A DNA stretch of 64,000 nucleotides from Podarcis cretensis (Eukaryota): the NCBI GenBank assembly GCA_951804945.1, contig OX638151.1, positions 47,864,001 through 47,928,000 on the forward strand. Reading direction: 5' to 3'. The notes beneath the pieces are model-generated. The model ran no database searches. It worked only from the letters and a program-made list of their open reading frames with translations, and was not told the origin of the DNA. This document shows, one piece after another, positions 34,719-46,760 of this stretch; the stretch's first letter is position 1, and each line of letters opens with the position of its first letter. A program made the position numbers and the translations under genes.

Positions 34719-36162
34719 GAAATTTCAGCTGGAAAAACAAGTGTTTCCTTAGCCCAAAATATGAGCATCACTGGGGGGGGGGGGAGAGAGCAGGGTAAAG
34801 GAGTAAGCATAGAACTCATGAACTGTATACCACATTTGAACCAACCAAAGTTAATTTTAACTTTGAGTGGATTGGTTTGGCTGGACTTTATTTATTATCT
34901 AGTGCAAAGTGTATTTTGATAAATTCATTTTATAAATACACCATGTTGAGTTATAAAAAGTATCATTAATGTCATTTATTACCGATACAGTTGCAGCAGT
35001 GTACATATAAAAGATGTATTACTACAACATAAAAAACCCCTGTGCTCATTTTTGAAAAACCCAAAGCTAAGGCATTAAAAGACGTACCTGCCCTCCCATG
35101 TGTATGTGTGCTCATTCAAATGTCAAAAGGATAGTGACAAATTTCAGCATGTTTTGTACAGTGCCCAGGACTGTTTCAGATAGCTCTTATTAACTTTATT
35201 TTGTTTTTGGTTCTTTGGATCTTACACCAAGTAAAATAACAAAGAGAAACAATCATTTTGAAATCCTAAATCGTTTTATTGTAATCAATCTTGAAAAATA
35301 TAACTAAGAAGAAAAATGTATTATGGGGGGCACAACTCAGAGGTTCATAGAATCATTTTCCTATTAACTCGTTAGGACCTCACTACTAAATTATTAATAT
35401 ATAATAATATATTCATTTACCGGTAATTTCTATACAATTTATATTTTAAAAAAAAAATCTCAAAGCTTTTTACAGCTGAAGAAATATAAAGTATGCATTC
35501 AAAGCAACATACTTAATAGGAAACTAAAATATTATCTACAGAATATGATGTACAGAATCAACTACAGAATGTACATAAAATACAGCATATTATATATACC
35601 TTATACAACATTATACACACACACACACACATACATACACACACATACCTTAAAACATTTCAAAAGAAAACATTGCTAAAGGAAGTCAAATATAAAATTT
35701 ATCATACAGAAGTGTTTTACTTACAATTTTAAATTGTTTTGAAGCCATTCCTGGTTCTTTTTAATATAGGCAGAAATGTCAGGCAGTCTGATTTTTTTCT
35801 TTTTAAGAGAACGGAAATGTAAGAGAAAATATTTATGGTGGTTTTTTCCAGCTTGACTATTTCTTTACAAGTAATAGGGCTTTGTATTCCAAAGCTTATA
35901 GGAAGCCATGGCTGAATTTTTTTATATTGTTTGCCAAGCACCATGTCCAAATTTTACAGGATGCACAACTTTGCTGTATTTTTTTTAAGTGATAGAATTA
36001 CATACTAAACAACTTTGTTCTCCAGGAAATATTCAGACCATGCAGTCAACATTATGTACTTGTTTCCTTTCAGAATTCTTTATCATTGATTTGACCCAGC
36101 TGTGTCCATACATATTTCCTTTATAAAATATTTTTCTGCTTATTTAACATTACTTAACATTA

Positions 36163-36527
36163 AAGGTAAAGGTAAAGGTACCCCTGCCCGTACGGGCCAG
36201 TCTTGACAGACTCTGGGGTTGGTGCGCCCATCTCACTCAAGAGGCCGGGGGCCAGCGCTGTCCGGAGACACTTCCGGGTCACATGGCCAGCGTGACAAAG
36301 CTGCATCTGGCGAGCCAGCGCAACACACGGAAACGCCGTTTACCTTCCCGCCAGTAAGCGGTCCCTATTTATCTACTTGCACCCGGGGGTGCTTTCGAAC
36401 TGCTAGGTTGGCAGGCGCTGGGACCGAGCAGCGGGAGCGCACCCCGCCGCGGGGATTCGAACCGCCGACCTTCCGATCGGCAAGCCCTAGGCGCTGAGGC
36501 TTTTACCCACAGCGCCACCCGCGTCCC
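36163..36527 (-). mobile_element. Sauria-type SINE
   Basis: Full length; TSD ATTACTTAACATTA at 36149-36162 and 36529-36542. Confidence 0.92.
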
Positions 36528-36930
36528 TATTACTTAACATTAGCCAGCCAAATAAAATACACACATTGGGTTGCATCTAAAGCAGCAGTTGCCCAAGGGA
36601 AAATTTTCCATCCTCTCTCTCCACTGCCACCCTCATTGCCTCTAAGCCCCCCCATTGCCCTTAACCCCCCAAAAAAGGACATCTCCTGAAGGCTGGGTGA
36701 GTCTCGAAGGACTTGGAATGTGGTGATGCTTGGAGGAGGAGATGGTGAATGAAAGGTAATCTTAAACTCACTGCTTGAAGGGAGGGGTGATTACAGACTG
36801 CAGTGCAGCTGATGTGAGTCAAGCTTCACTATAATTCAGATTACTGGTTAGATGTGCTGGGTGAGGAAAGGATCACTACTAAATCCCTTAATGCTTTGCG
36901 GGCGTTGTAAACGCTGACCTAGTTTTGTTA

Positions 36931-37367
36931 CAGTTGCAGGTAGGTAGCCGTGTTGGTCTGCCGTAGTCGAAACAAAATAAAAAAAATAAAAATCCTTCCA
37001 GTAGCACCTTAGAGACCAACTAAGTTTGTTATTGGTATGAGCTTTTGTGTGCATGCACACTTCTTCAGATACACTGAAACAGAAGTCGCCAGACCTTTAT
37101 ATATAGTGAGAGGGTGGGGAGGGATATTACTCAGAAGAGTGGTGGGAATGGGTGATTGGCTGATAGGTGTGGTAAACCTGTTGACTTATTACCAAACTTA
37201 AAACCATGGAGAGACCTGGTCTGAATAGAGACATTGGATTCTTATCTCATTATACATGCTAAAGCTATTTTAAGCCATCTCACCCCTTGCTTTTTCCTGT
37301 AAGACCATTTGCAGTCGTTAAGTCGTCAACAGGTGCTACTGGAATGAATTTTTTTATTTTGTTTCAA
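36931..37367 (+). mobile_element. Penelope-like element remnant (inverted pLTR + ORF 3' end + internally deleted pLTR)
   Basis: Homologous to 56005-56750; TSD-like CTAGTTTTGTTA at 36919-36930 and 37368-37379. Confidence 0.85.
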
Positions 37368-38206
37368 CTAGTTTTGTTATGTTGCTGTAGCTACTACAAG
37401 CGATGGTGCATTGCTGGTACAAGAGCCAGAAAAGGAAGAGAGGTTGGGCTGCAGTGGGTCAAGGAGTTGAGACTAGTTGGAATCCTATACTCACACTGAA
37501 GTTGTGCTCACCTCCAATGCTGGTAGAAGGCTTTCCTTGTGAAACTAATGTTGCAGTTCTCCTACTGAAGTAAGTGGAGAACGCTAGCTCGATGGTCTGC
37601 CAGCTTCTTTCTGACACCTCCTGCCTCCAAGATGAACTCTATAGCTAATCATGACTTGGCCCTGCAGATGTATCAGTCCAAGTTAGGGTTAGGCACAGCA
37701 TGGGCATGTATTGTGGACTCGCATCAACTTGTCTCCTACTTTCTGTCTCTATATTTTTAAAAATCGTAACGTCAGCAAAAATATTGTTATTCATTACTTG
37801 CTTATTACCTAGAAAGGTCTCCAAATGACATGCATTTATAAACATAAAGAAAAATACATTATACCATGAAAGGAAGAAAAGCCACAAAATATGTAACTTT
37901 TTAATAAATTTATAGCAATCCCTCCCAACAACAGAAAGCTTTGGTTCTACACTAACAATAAAACATAACTAAGCCCAGCAAAGGCCGGAGGGGAAAAGGT
38001 AAGTTTATACCTGGTTCCAAAAAGATGTCGGTGAAGGTGCCAGGCAGACCCCACTGGGAAGGGTATGGCACAAGTGGGAGCTGCAACTGGAAAAGGCCCT
38101 CTTGTCATAATCCTCAGAGGAGCGATCTGGAGAGAGACCTGGGATGAAGATCTGAGGGTTCAGGTAGGTTCCTATCAATGATTGCTGCAGTTCAGTATAA
38201 ACAATA

Positions 38207-38557
38207 CAGTGGTGCCTTGCAAGACGAAATTAATCCGTTCCGTGAAGCTCTTTGTATAGCGGTTTTTTCGTCTTGCGAAGCAAGCCCATTGACAGCGGAT
38301 TAGCGCTATTAGCTGTTTAGCGGCTTTTAGTGATCAGCTGTTAAGCGGCTTATCAGCGGATCAGCTGATAAGCGGCTTAGTGGCTTAGGGAAAGGGGGGG
38401 AAAGGGGGGGAAAACCCGCAGGAACTCGCAAGACATTTTCGTTTTGCGAAGCAAGCCCATAGGGAAATTCGTTTTGCGAAGCGCCTCCAAAACGGAAAAC
38501 CCTTTCATCTAGCGGGTTTTCCGTCTTGCGAGGCGTTCGTCTTGCGGGGCACCACTG
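38207..38557. mobile_element. pogo/Tigger-like MITE
   Basis: TIR CAGTGGTGCC.TGCAAGACGAA / TTCGTCTTGCGGGGCACCACTG; TA TSD; internal short repeats. Confidence 0.87.
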
Positions 38558-40718
38558 TACTATTTTGGATTATTCCATCTTCCATCACAAATTGTTGCTG
38601 AGTGCCAGCTCATATAATTCCTTTGGGAAGTGGCTTCCTCACCAGGTGACTGGTTCTGGTGGTGGTTTTAGTTGCAAGGGATGTAGGGCTTGCCAACCAA
38701 TCTTACTATGTCTTAGCTAGTGCACACACCAACCCCCAATGAAATCCTGGTCACTGTATGTTATACCATGACCCACTTTAACAGGGGACTTGTGGCACAA
38801 ATACATGGGAGGGACAAGGGTATCAATGGCTATATATTGCCTCCATTATCAGTGGTAGCAGGCCTCTAAATGCCAGTTATCATTATCCCCACCTCTTCTT
38901 TCCCTGATTCTCTCCCCCACAACTTCACAATGTCTATGACAGCAGTAACTAAAGCTGAATATAACTGACCTGTAGAAAGGACTCTGGTTGAAAACAGACT
39001 TATGTACCCTTGTTATCCATGAAAATATTTCAATAAAAACTAACTAAAAATAAATGCCAGCTGCTGGGGAACAGGAGTGGGAAAAGGCTATTGCACACAT
39101 GCCCTGCCTCATGTAATTTGTGGAGTTATGTCATGCTCTCAGCTCATGTTAATAGAAATCTTATTTAAAAGACCAGTAAAGTTAGGCACTGTGGAAAGCA
39201 GGATGTTGGATTGCACAGGCTTCTTGGATTTTTATGTCGGACAGTAATGTAACCGGCCCAGCAGAACTCTATATCAGGTGTGGAGACCCTTTGGCCTTCC
39301 AGGTGTTGCTGAACTACAACTTCCATCAGCCCCAGCAACCATGGACAATGGCCAGGGATGATAGGAGTCCAGCAACATCTGGAGTGCCGAAGGATCCTCA
39401 CAACTGCCATACATGGAGAGAGAATGTTGTGGGCTGTAACTGTAAGGCTTTTTCTCAGCAGTCTGGACAGGCCAGTCATGCAGGGTAAATAGGCTCCCAC
39501 CGCAGGCCCCTTACATTCCCTCAGCCTCAGGGAAAAGTGAAGCCCCAGGGTGCAAGGCAATTTTTTACAAAGTAAGATAGAGCATCCAGCTCTTACCTGG
39601 GCACAAGGTAGCTTGCTTTTCTCTGTCTGACCCTACTGATAGACACACATAGTGTGAAGCCAAATAGCCTAGCCACATGAGGAGGAAATAATCCCTTTGT
39701 GTCCAGTCAAAATGCACACAAGAACCCCCACTACCCACTTTTATGATAATTTATTAAGAATAAGGCTTTGGTTGGGGCATAATGGTGCTTTAAGAAAATA
39801 AAGAGAACTAGCTAGTTTTGGAGAAATAGCTACGTCAGGTCTAGAAGCTGCATACTCATGCAAAGGGTCTTTCATCACAAGATATGCAGCTTCTTCAATG
39901 GTCAGAGAGGAGGGTGAAGGACCATGAGGGACAAAGGAATGTTAGCAACATCCCTCTTTTAAGAATCTGAGCCAGTTCACTGCATTTGACAGCTGTGACT
40001 GAGCTGGCTGTAAGGTAACTTAGCAGACAGGAAGTGTATACACAAAACCTGGTCTGCATCCTTTGTGTAGGTCATGGTGGAACAAGAAATCATAGCTATC
40101 CAAGGCACCATATGTCAATCACCATCCTGATCTCTTCCAGCTGTTTTGGACTATAATTCCCATCAGCCCAAGCCAAAGCTGGAGAGGAACAGTTTGGTGA
40201 TGGTTGGGTAGCAGATTTCCTCCTGAAATCAAAAGTGATGATTTGGCATGGGGGTGGGGGATGTATATGACAGTACTTGAAGAGTGGAAATCACTAGAAT
40301 GGAAAGCAAGTTTTGGTTCACCACAGAATTTTTTAATTCAGACTTTTGAAGGGGCTCCAGATACCCACTAGCTTTCGTTCACTTTGCATTATGTGCTACA
40401 GGCTGACTGGAAACATTATGTAACAGGGTTAAAACAAAATTAAAAATGGGTAGCCATGGCTGCTACCACTCCTGAAAGGAAAAAACCTAAATCAAGAAGC
40501 CCAGAATTTAAACAGAGTCCCCGCTGGTGAGGCAGTCTTGATAAAACTAGTAGTGGTGAAAGTGTTGGACTACATTCAGATCCAGTAGTTACTTCTCTCC
40601 CATTCTGGAGATGTAAAAATATGTGACAATACCCAAATCTTCTGGAAATATAAACATTGATATATCAAGGCCTGAGACCACTCCATAGGGAGGTTGAAGC
40701 AGGAGTTCTACACCTCCA

Positions 40719-40731
40719 CCACTAGATGGCA
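40719..40731 (+). promoter_or_regulatory. Candidate CTCF site
   Basis: CCACTAGATGGCA matches the CCACYAGRKGGCR core. Confidence 0.5.
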
Positions 40732-43700
40732 ATGTGGCACTCTTGCAGTTAGATAAATTATTTCCCCTCTTTCCTGTAAAACTCTTCCCACCCCCCTCAC
40801 TTTATCTCTCGCAAATTGATAATTTCATCCACTACCTTATGAAGACAGAGGGGGAAATTGTTTGATGATCCATTACAAATGTTGTAGTTTTGGACCCGTT
40901 CCCAGCGTTGTGTCTCATTGTAGGAAACAATGGTTCAAAATCCATCCTTGCTCCCTCTCCCAAAACAGGTAAATGCAACCCCCTTAGGAGCAATTAGTTC
41001 TGAGAAAAGCTTTTCTCAAACAATTGCCAGGAAATATTGTCCTGACCGATATTTCTGATGCAATGTCGGCTTTCTCAGCATTGTTATTCTGAGTGATTTC
41101 AAAGCACAGGGGTTCAAATCCGCATGCTGCCTTGGGCCTGAGGTATCGCAGCCCTGGACTAGAATCCTAGTGGAGGATTTTTGGCACCTCAGCCTACCTA
41201 GTTGGGGTACCTTAAAACATTAGACAATAATTAGTTTGAGCAAAGGTGGCTTTATCTTTGGAAACAATAATATATATTCCCAGACAAACTGACTGCTTCC
41301 CACCCTCTTTCCTTCCTCACCACTCTCTCCCAGCCTACTGGGGACAAAATTCGATGGAATCTGCTCTGGGTTTGCTGTTCTTTGACAAGAACATTTTAGG
41401 TATCTAAACTTAAAAGAAAACGTCTGCTGTAGGGACTCTTGTTCTGACATCACCTTCTGCCGTGTACAGCAGCCATACTGTACTACTTCTGGCCAGGAAT
41501 CGGGATAGATGTTTTAAATTGCACTCCAAGTGAAATATGGAAAATAAACCCCAAAGGATTCTTGGCGCAGCCTGCGGCCTATAGCAGACATTTGCAGTGT
41601 GCAGTACAAACAAAGGGAGGGAAATTACAGAAACTTTACTAAAAACAGGAAAGAGTAATCCAGTCCCAAGTTCAGTATTAAAGTCATGATCCTGTAAGTC
41701 CATTCATTCCGTCTTAAATGTCCTGGATCAACATGTGGGCTTAGCAACACAGTGAGAAGGTAAGGAACAGTGACTTGTTTATCTTTGACTATGCAGGGCA
41801 CACTCTGTTCAGCGCAGAATATCATATCATAGTTGGCACAGTGCTTGTCTTTAGTTTTCCCCTGGCTTTATTAGGTTGCTTCCAGATGACCTGTTTACTG
41901 AGCAGCCATCTTGATTTCTTTGCACAAAGTTCGGTGGGGAAGTTATACAATGCCAACTGTTTATTGAGCATTAATTGATTGCCGGAAGGTTATATGATGC
42001 CGCATCAAGCCATCGTTATCCCATGCTTCCAAGTGCATTTTCCCATCCCTTTGCTTATTGCAAAATGGCCAGTTTTATTGAAGCAGGTGTGGCCAGCAGG
42101 ACCGTCACATCTTCTTTAGTTGTGCAACCTGAATTGGCTGGCAAGTGATTGAATCCCACATTCAACATGGAGACACTGTGGAAGCGTCCTTACATCATGT
42201 TTTCAGACCTCATGATACACGTTTGAAACCATGCTGTTTCTGATGTTTGGCTCAGAGTTGTTAAGCAAGCCTGTGTGCATTTGATTAATCTGCTAACTTC
42301 CTATTGGGAAATTTTCCCAGCGTGGAATTAAAGCAGTGGTGGAATGCTTCATCTGCGTAATTTCTGTGCATCGTACTGGTGCTGAAAGCACTGGAGCAGG
42401 GCTTTGTAAAAAAACAAAAAAACTTGACAACCCTTTGAATATGTATATTTGGATGAGTTTTCTTCTACAGGAACAGTTATTGGGCTTCTCCAGACATCCT
42501 TTTTGCTGTGTTTCTCTGATGATTTGTGCTCATGGTGCTATTGGGGTAGCCACACACAATCACACTTGCCAAAGAGCTTGTGCCTGCAAAAGTTTTGGCG
42601 TTGTCATACTGCTTCACTGCCCATCAGTGCAGCTCTTGTAACCTCCTGCTGAAATCCTGTAAGTTTTTATTCTACAAAGGTTCTTGTTTATTTCTGTCCT
42701 GCTTTTGTTGTGCTCAAGTCCCTCTGGACAGCAGTAATGGGGAAACACAGGATACCAAACCAAACTAGAATAAATCTACCACTAAGGCACTATTATTGTA
42801 TTAAGAACTTGTTGCAGAATACATTTCCAATAAAGCACCCATCTGCAGGGGCCTTCACAATCTCAATCTCCCTCCCTCCCCACACATTTTGAGCATCCAA
42901 ACATGTGTATACACAAATTTACGGAGGTTTGAGAAATCAGCTTTGCTCTCTGGAACAGGGTGTGAACCAAAGCACATTCTGGAAGGCAGACAGCAGTGTA
43001 ACCCTTCCATTCAGTCCCGTCTGCAGCTGCTTTTTATAAACTTGGCATAAATAAGTACTTCGTGAGGCCAGGCCTGTGTATCTGGAAAATATTTTCCACA
43101 ATCCCCCACCCCACCCCCTCACCCTCCGAAAAAAAAAAAACTTGGACAAAGAGCCTAGGAATTGTGCATAGCGTGGAATGGCCTTGTTTGTGGTTATTTT
43201 CCATTACTTCCTCTCCTCATTTTTCTGCTGCCAGTTGTAGAAGCCCATAAGTCATCGCTGTTAAACTTTCTCAGTTAAAATGTAACTCTAAGAACAAAGT
43301 AATCTGATACATTAGAGCCAAGTAATCGTCCTTTTAGAGGCTCTGACTTGGGAAAGGCTCCAGTGTGCTGGCAAGCTCAGCGAGCAGCAGGGGCTGTGAT
43401 CCTGGGTCAAATGAGTCATGTGTGGGCCCCTGGTGTGTGGCTCCCATTGGACTGAATGGGGTTTTTTATTTTTATTTATTTTTTTGCCTCCTGCAGCACA
43501 GCCAGCCCTATACAGGGAGGATGGCAGCTTCCAAGCATTCTCATTTTTTTTTCCTGTCATGGATATTTGTTGCTATTCTGCTGCTTGCCATCCGCACTGG
43601 GGGACGGAGTCTGACAGGATGTCTCTGGGTTGTGTTTTACTTTGTTCCTCAAACAGTCCTTCTCTGCTCTACACTTCCTCTTCTCCATTACAGACACGCA

Positions 43701-43804
43701 TGCACAGGACACTTAAAAATAAAAATTAACAAAAAATCAAAGGAAGCGTGCAAGAGCAAATGTTACCAGCTATGGCTAACATGTTTCTCCCCCTCATAGT
43801 TAAT

Positions 43805-43928
43805 CCCCACAGCAGGTTAGGCTCAGAGGCAGCGATCAGCCCAAAGTCACCCAGTGAACGTCAACGCCAAGTGGGGATTCGAACCCTGATCTCCCAGATC
43901 CTAGTCTAACACTAAGCACTACACCACA
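43805..43928 (-). mobile_element. tRNA-derived SINE (Squam3/MIR-like), second family
   Basis: TGTGGTGTAGTG...GGGTTCGAATCCCC...GCCTAACCT on minus strand; related degraded copy ~49177-49320 (+). Confidence 0.7.
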
Positions 43929-44541
43929 TTACCTCTCATTTGGCTCCCGGGTCTGAGATGCCCACTGCTGCCCCAAGGCTTGCACTAGAGTGAATAAGAA
44001 GTCTTGTACAAGACCTCTGTATTTGTTTTTTGTTTTTTTAAGTTCAATGTATGTTCTGCAGTTACAGTCTCCATGCGTGTTGTGTGGAGATTTGGGGAGA
44101 ATAGCTCTGCCCAACCGGCTTGTTGAAGTTTTGAATGTGCCTTCCAGCCTGCAGTAGTTGGTGGAAATAGGCACCCTTGTATCATTTGGGCCATTGGAAA
44201 CAAAATGGCTGGGTTGTGCTCAGCTGAGGAGCAAACACTGGTAGGGGTGTGGCAATAGATGGCAGCCAGCAAAACATCACCACAGAGACAACATCTTGCC
44301 TGCCAAAAATGTTCTGCTAATGAGCTTCCACCCCAGCTTTGATTGCAGCTGTATAACAAATTAGTTTCTGTGGTAAGAGGAAATCCGGATTAAATGCGAA
44401 ACGTTCTGTTCTATTCCCCCCCCCCTTTTATTTTACTTGCGTTGACCACTGAAAATCTTTGCTATTGTGTTGTTTTGATTGATTGTATTAGTTGTATTAA
44501 TTGCACTGTATTCTTGTTGCATATTTCCTGTATATTGATAT

Positions 44542-45446
44542 TGTTGTATGCCACCCCAATCTCTGAGCGATGTGAGATTCCAGGGCTTCCAGGCACTTAT
44601 CCAGGATTCAGTGTCCTCAGAATGAGGGACAGCAGAGACTGTTGATAGTATGGTTTATTTACACACATATATACAACCTGAGCCAATGATGGAGGGACTC
44701 ACAGCATTAATACCCCAAGGCGGTCTTGTTTTTCCCATAGCCACAGCCTTAGATTCAAACAGAAATCAAGCATGGCTCTGTCTCTCCAGTTGCTGCTGCT
44801 TCTAGACCAGCTCTCACACATAGCTCTGCTTTAGTCATTCTAGGTAAAGGTAAAGGTAAAGGTACCCCTGCCCGTACGGGCCAGTCTTGACAGACTCTGG
44901 GGTTGTGCGCCCATCTCACTTAAGAGGCCAGGGGCCAGCGCTGTCCGGAGACACTTCCGGGTCACGTGGCCAGCGTGACATTGCTGCTCTGGCCAGAGCC
45001 AGAGCCAGAGCCAGAGCCGCACACGGAAACGCCGTTTACCTTCCCGCTGGTAAGCGGTCCCTATTTATCTACTTGCACCCGGAGGTGCTTTCGAACTGCT
45101 AGGTTGGCAGGCGCTGGGACCGAGCAGCGGGAGCGCACCCCGCCGCAGGGATTCGAACCGCCGACCTTTCGATCGGCAAGCCCTAGGCGCTGAGGCTTTA
45201 ACCCACAGCGCCACCTGCGTCCCTCTTAGTCATTCTAACTACCAGCCAATTGAGGGAGGAGGGTCCCCCCCCCATCTGCCCTCTTCCTTTGTTACGTTAA
45301 CGACCCATACTTAGGGGGCCATTGTCAAGAAGGTGGCCTGGTTATTTCAACAAGCAAGTCCTTGCTGGATCCAGGAATTACCGTAGAAGAGACTCCGGTA
45401 TACAGCCTACCCACCACTGCCTGCACCCTAAGTCCTGCTCACAACA
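44542..45446 (-). mobile_element. Solo LTR (~510 bp) interrupted by a SINE
   Basis: TGTT...AACA termini; flanks ATAT/CTAT; minus-strand TATA-like box and AATAAA; homologous to 26083-26548. Confidence 0.78.
44843..45223 (-). mobile_element. Sauria-type SINE nested in the LTR
   Basis: TSD TTAGTCATTCTA at 44831-44842 and 45226-45237. Confidence 0.92.
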
Positions 45447-46489
45447 CTATGTACTTGTATTGTTCACTGCACAGGAGCCTTTCCACTAAAAATGGTATAC
45501 AAATAAACCATGTTTTTAAAGTTTGGGCTGGTATTCTGGTGCTGTGGATGTGGCAAAACCTGCACATCCATGAGCAGTATTGATTCTGCAACAAACTCTC
45601 CTGGAAGCATCCTTACGGTAAAGCAACTGCATGCTGCTGCTACTTGTGGGACCATACATAGGGAATATTGAGCCCAAGATCCTTTTGAACAATAAGAAGA
45701 GTCTCTTGCCTTCATGAAGAAGACCCTCACCTAGAGGAGAAGTGAGTTTCATAAACATCATAAATAATTGTATCACACCAGACGTAATATTTTCCCCTGC
45801 TACCTTTTGATAGTAATTTGAACAACCCCTGCCCTTTGAAAAGACCAGTCCTTGAGGCACCATCTTCTATGAAAGACTCCTCCTCCTCCTTCTCATGGGC
45901 ACGCCAGAGCAGCCATTACAGATCTTCAAATTGCCCCCTCAAAAGCATCCAGTCCAGTTTTTGCTATTAACTCCATCTCTAATGACCACAGTCTTTGGTT
46001 TCTTTAGATTTTCTTGGTATCGGTCACTATGTGTCACATGATGGCCACGTTAAAAAATCATTCTGTGGAAGATCAAATCACTGCTATTAAAGTGGGGCGG
46101 GAGTGGTCAAGTATAGGACTGGTGAAACATCATGGGAGAGGGATGGCATTCCTCCCTGGCTTATTTCCTGAACATAGGACACCATCAAAGCATGGTGGAA
46201 AAACTTAGGAAGCTGCCTTATAGCAATTTAAACTACTGATCTATCTAGCTCAGCATTGTCAATACTGACTGACAGTGGCACTCCAGGGTTTTTGAAAGGA
46301 ATTTTGGCCAGTCCTACATGAAAATTCTGGGATTGAACGTGGGACCTTTTCCATACACTCCCCCTTGGTGTGGTGGTTGTGCTCATGGTCCTATCATCGT
46401 CCCTGGCAGTACAAGTACCCGTGTTGTTAGAGCCTGTCACATGCTTAGGCAGGTATCCCAACTGCATCCCTATCCAGATTCAGTTTCTG

Positions 46490-46760
46490 GTGTTCGTGCT
46501 GTGAGAGCCTCCTGTTTGGATTACATTACTGTGTTGCCTGTGGAACTGCCTTTGAAAGAGGTCCAGAAATTTCAGCTGGTGCAGAACATGGTGGGGGAGA
46601 TAGTTAACAGGGACTAAGGAATATGGACACATTACTTGAGTGTTTTCTCACTTTCGTTGGATTTCTGTTTGTTCCAGGCCCAATTCAAAGTGCTACAAAG
46701 CCCTACACAACTTTGGACCTCAGCACCAAAAGGAACACCTCTTCCTATCATTGTGGGGGG
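46490..46760 (+). mobile_element. Degraded L2/CR1-clade LINE ORF fragment
   Basis: ASCLDYITVLPVELPLKEVQKFQLVQN resembles the L2 motif SRLDYCN..L.GLP....KLQLVQN. Confidence 0.65.

Noticed and set aside
37035-37072. Third active hammerhead
   Set aside because: Catalytic G12 is mutated to A; predicted inactive.
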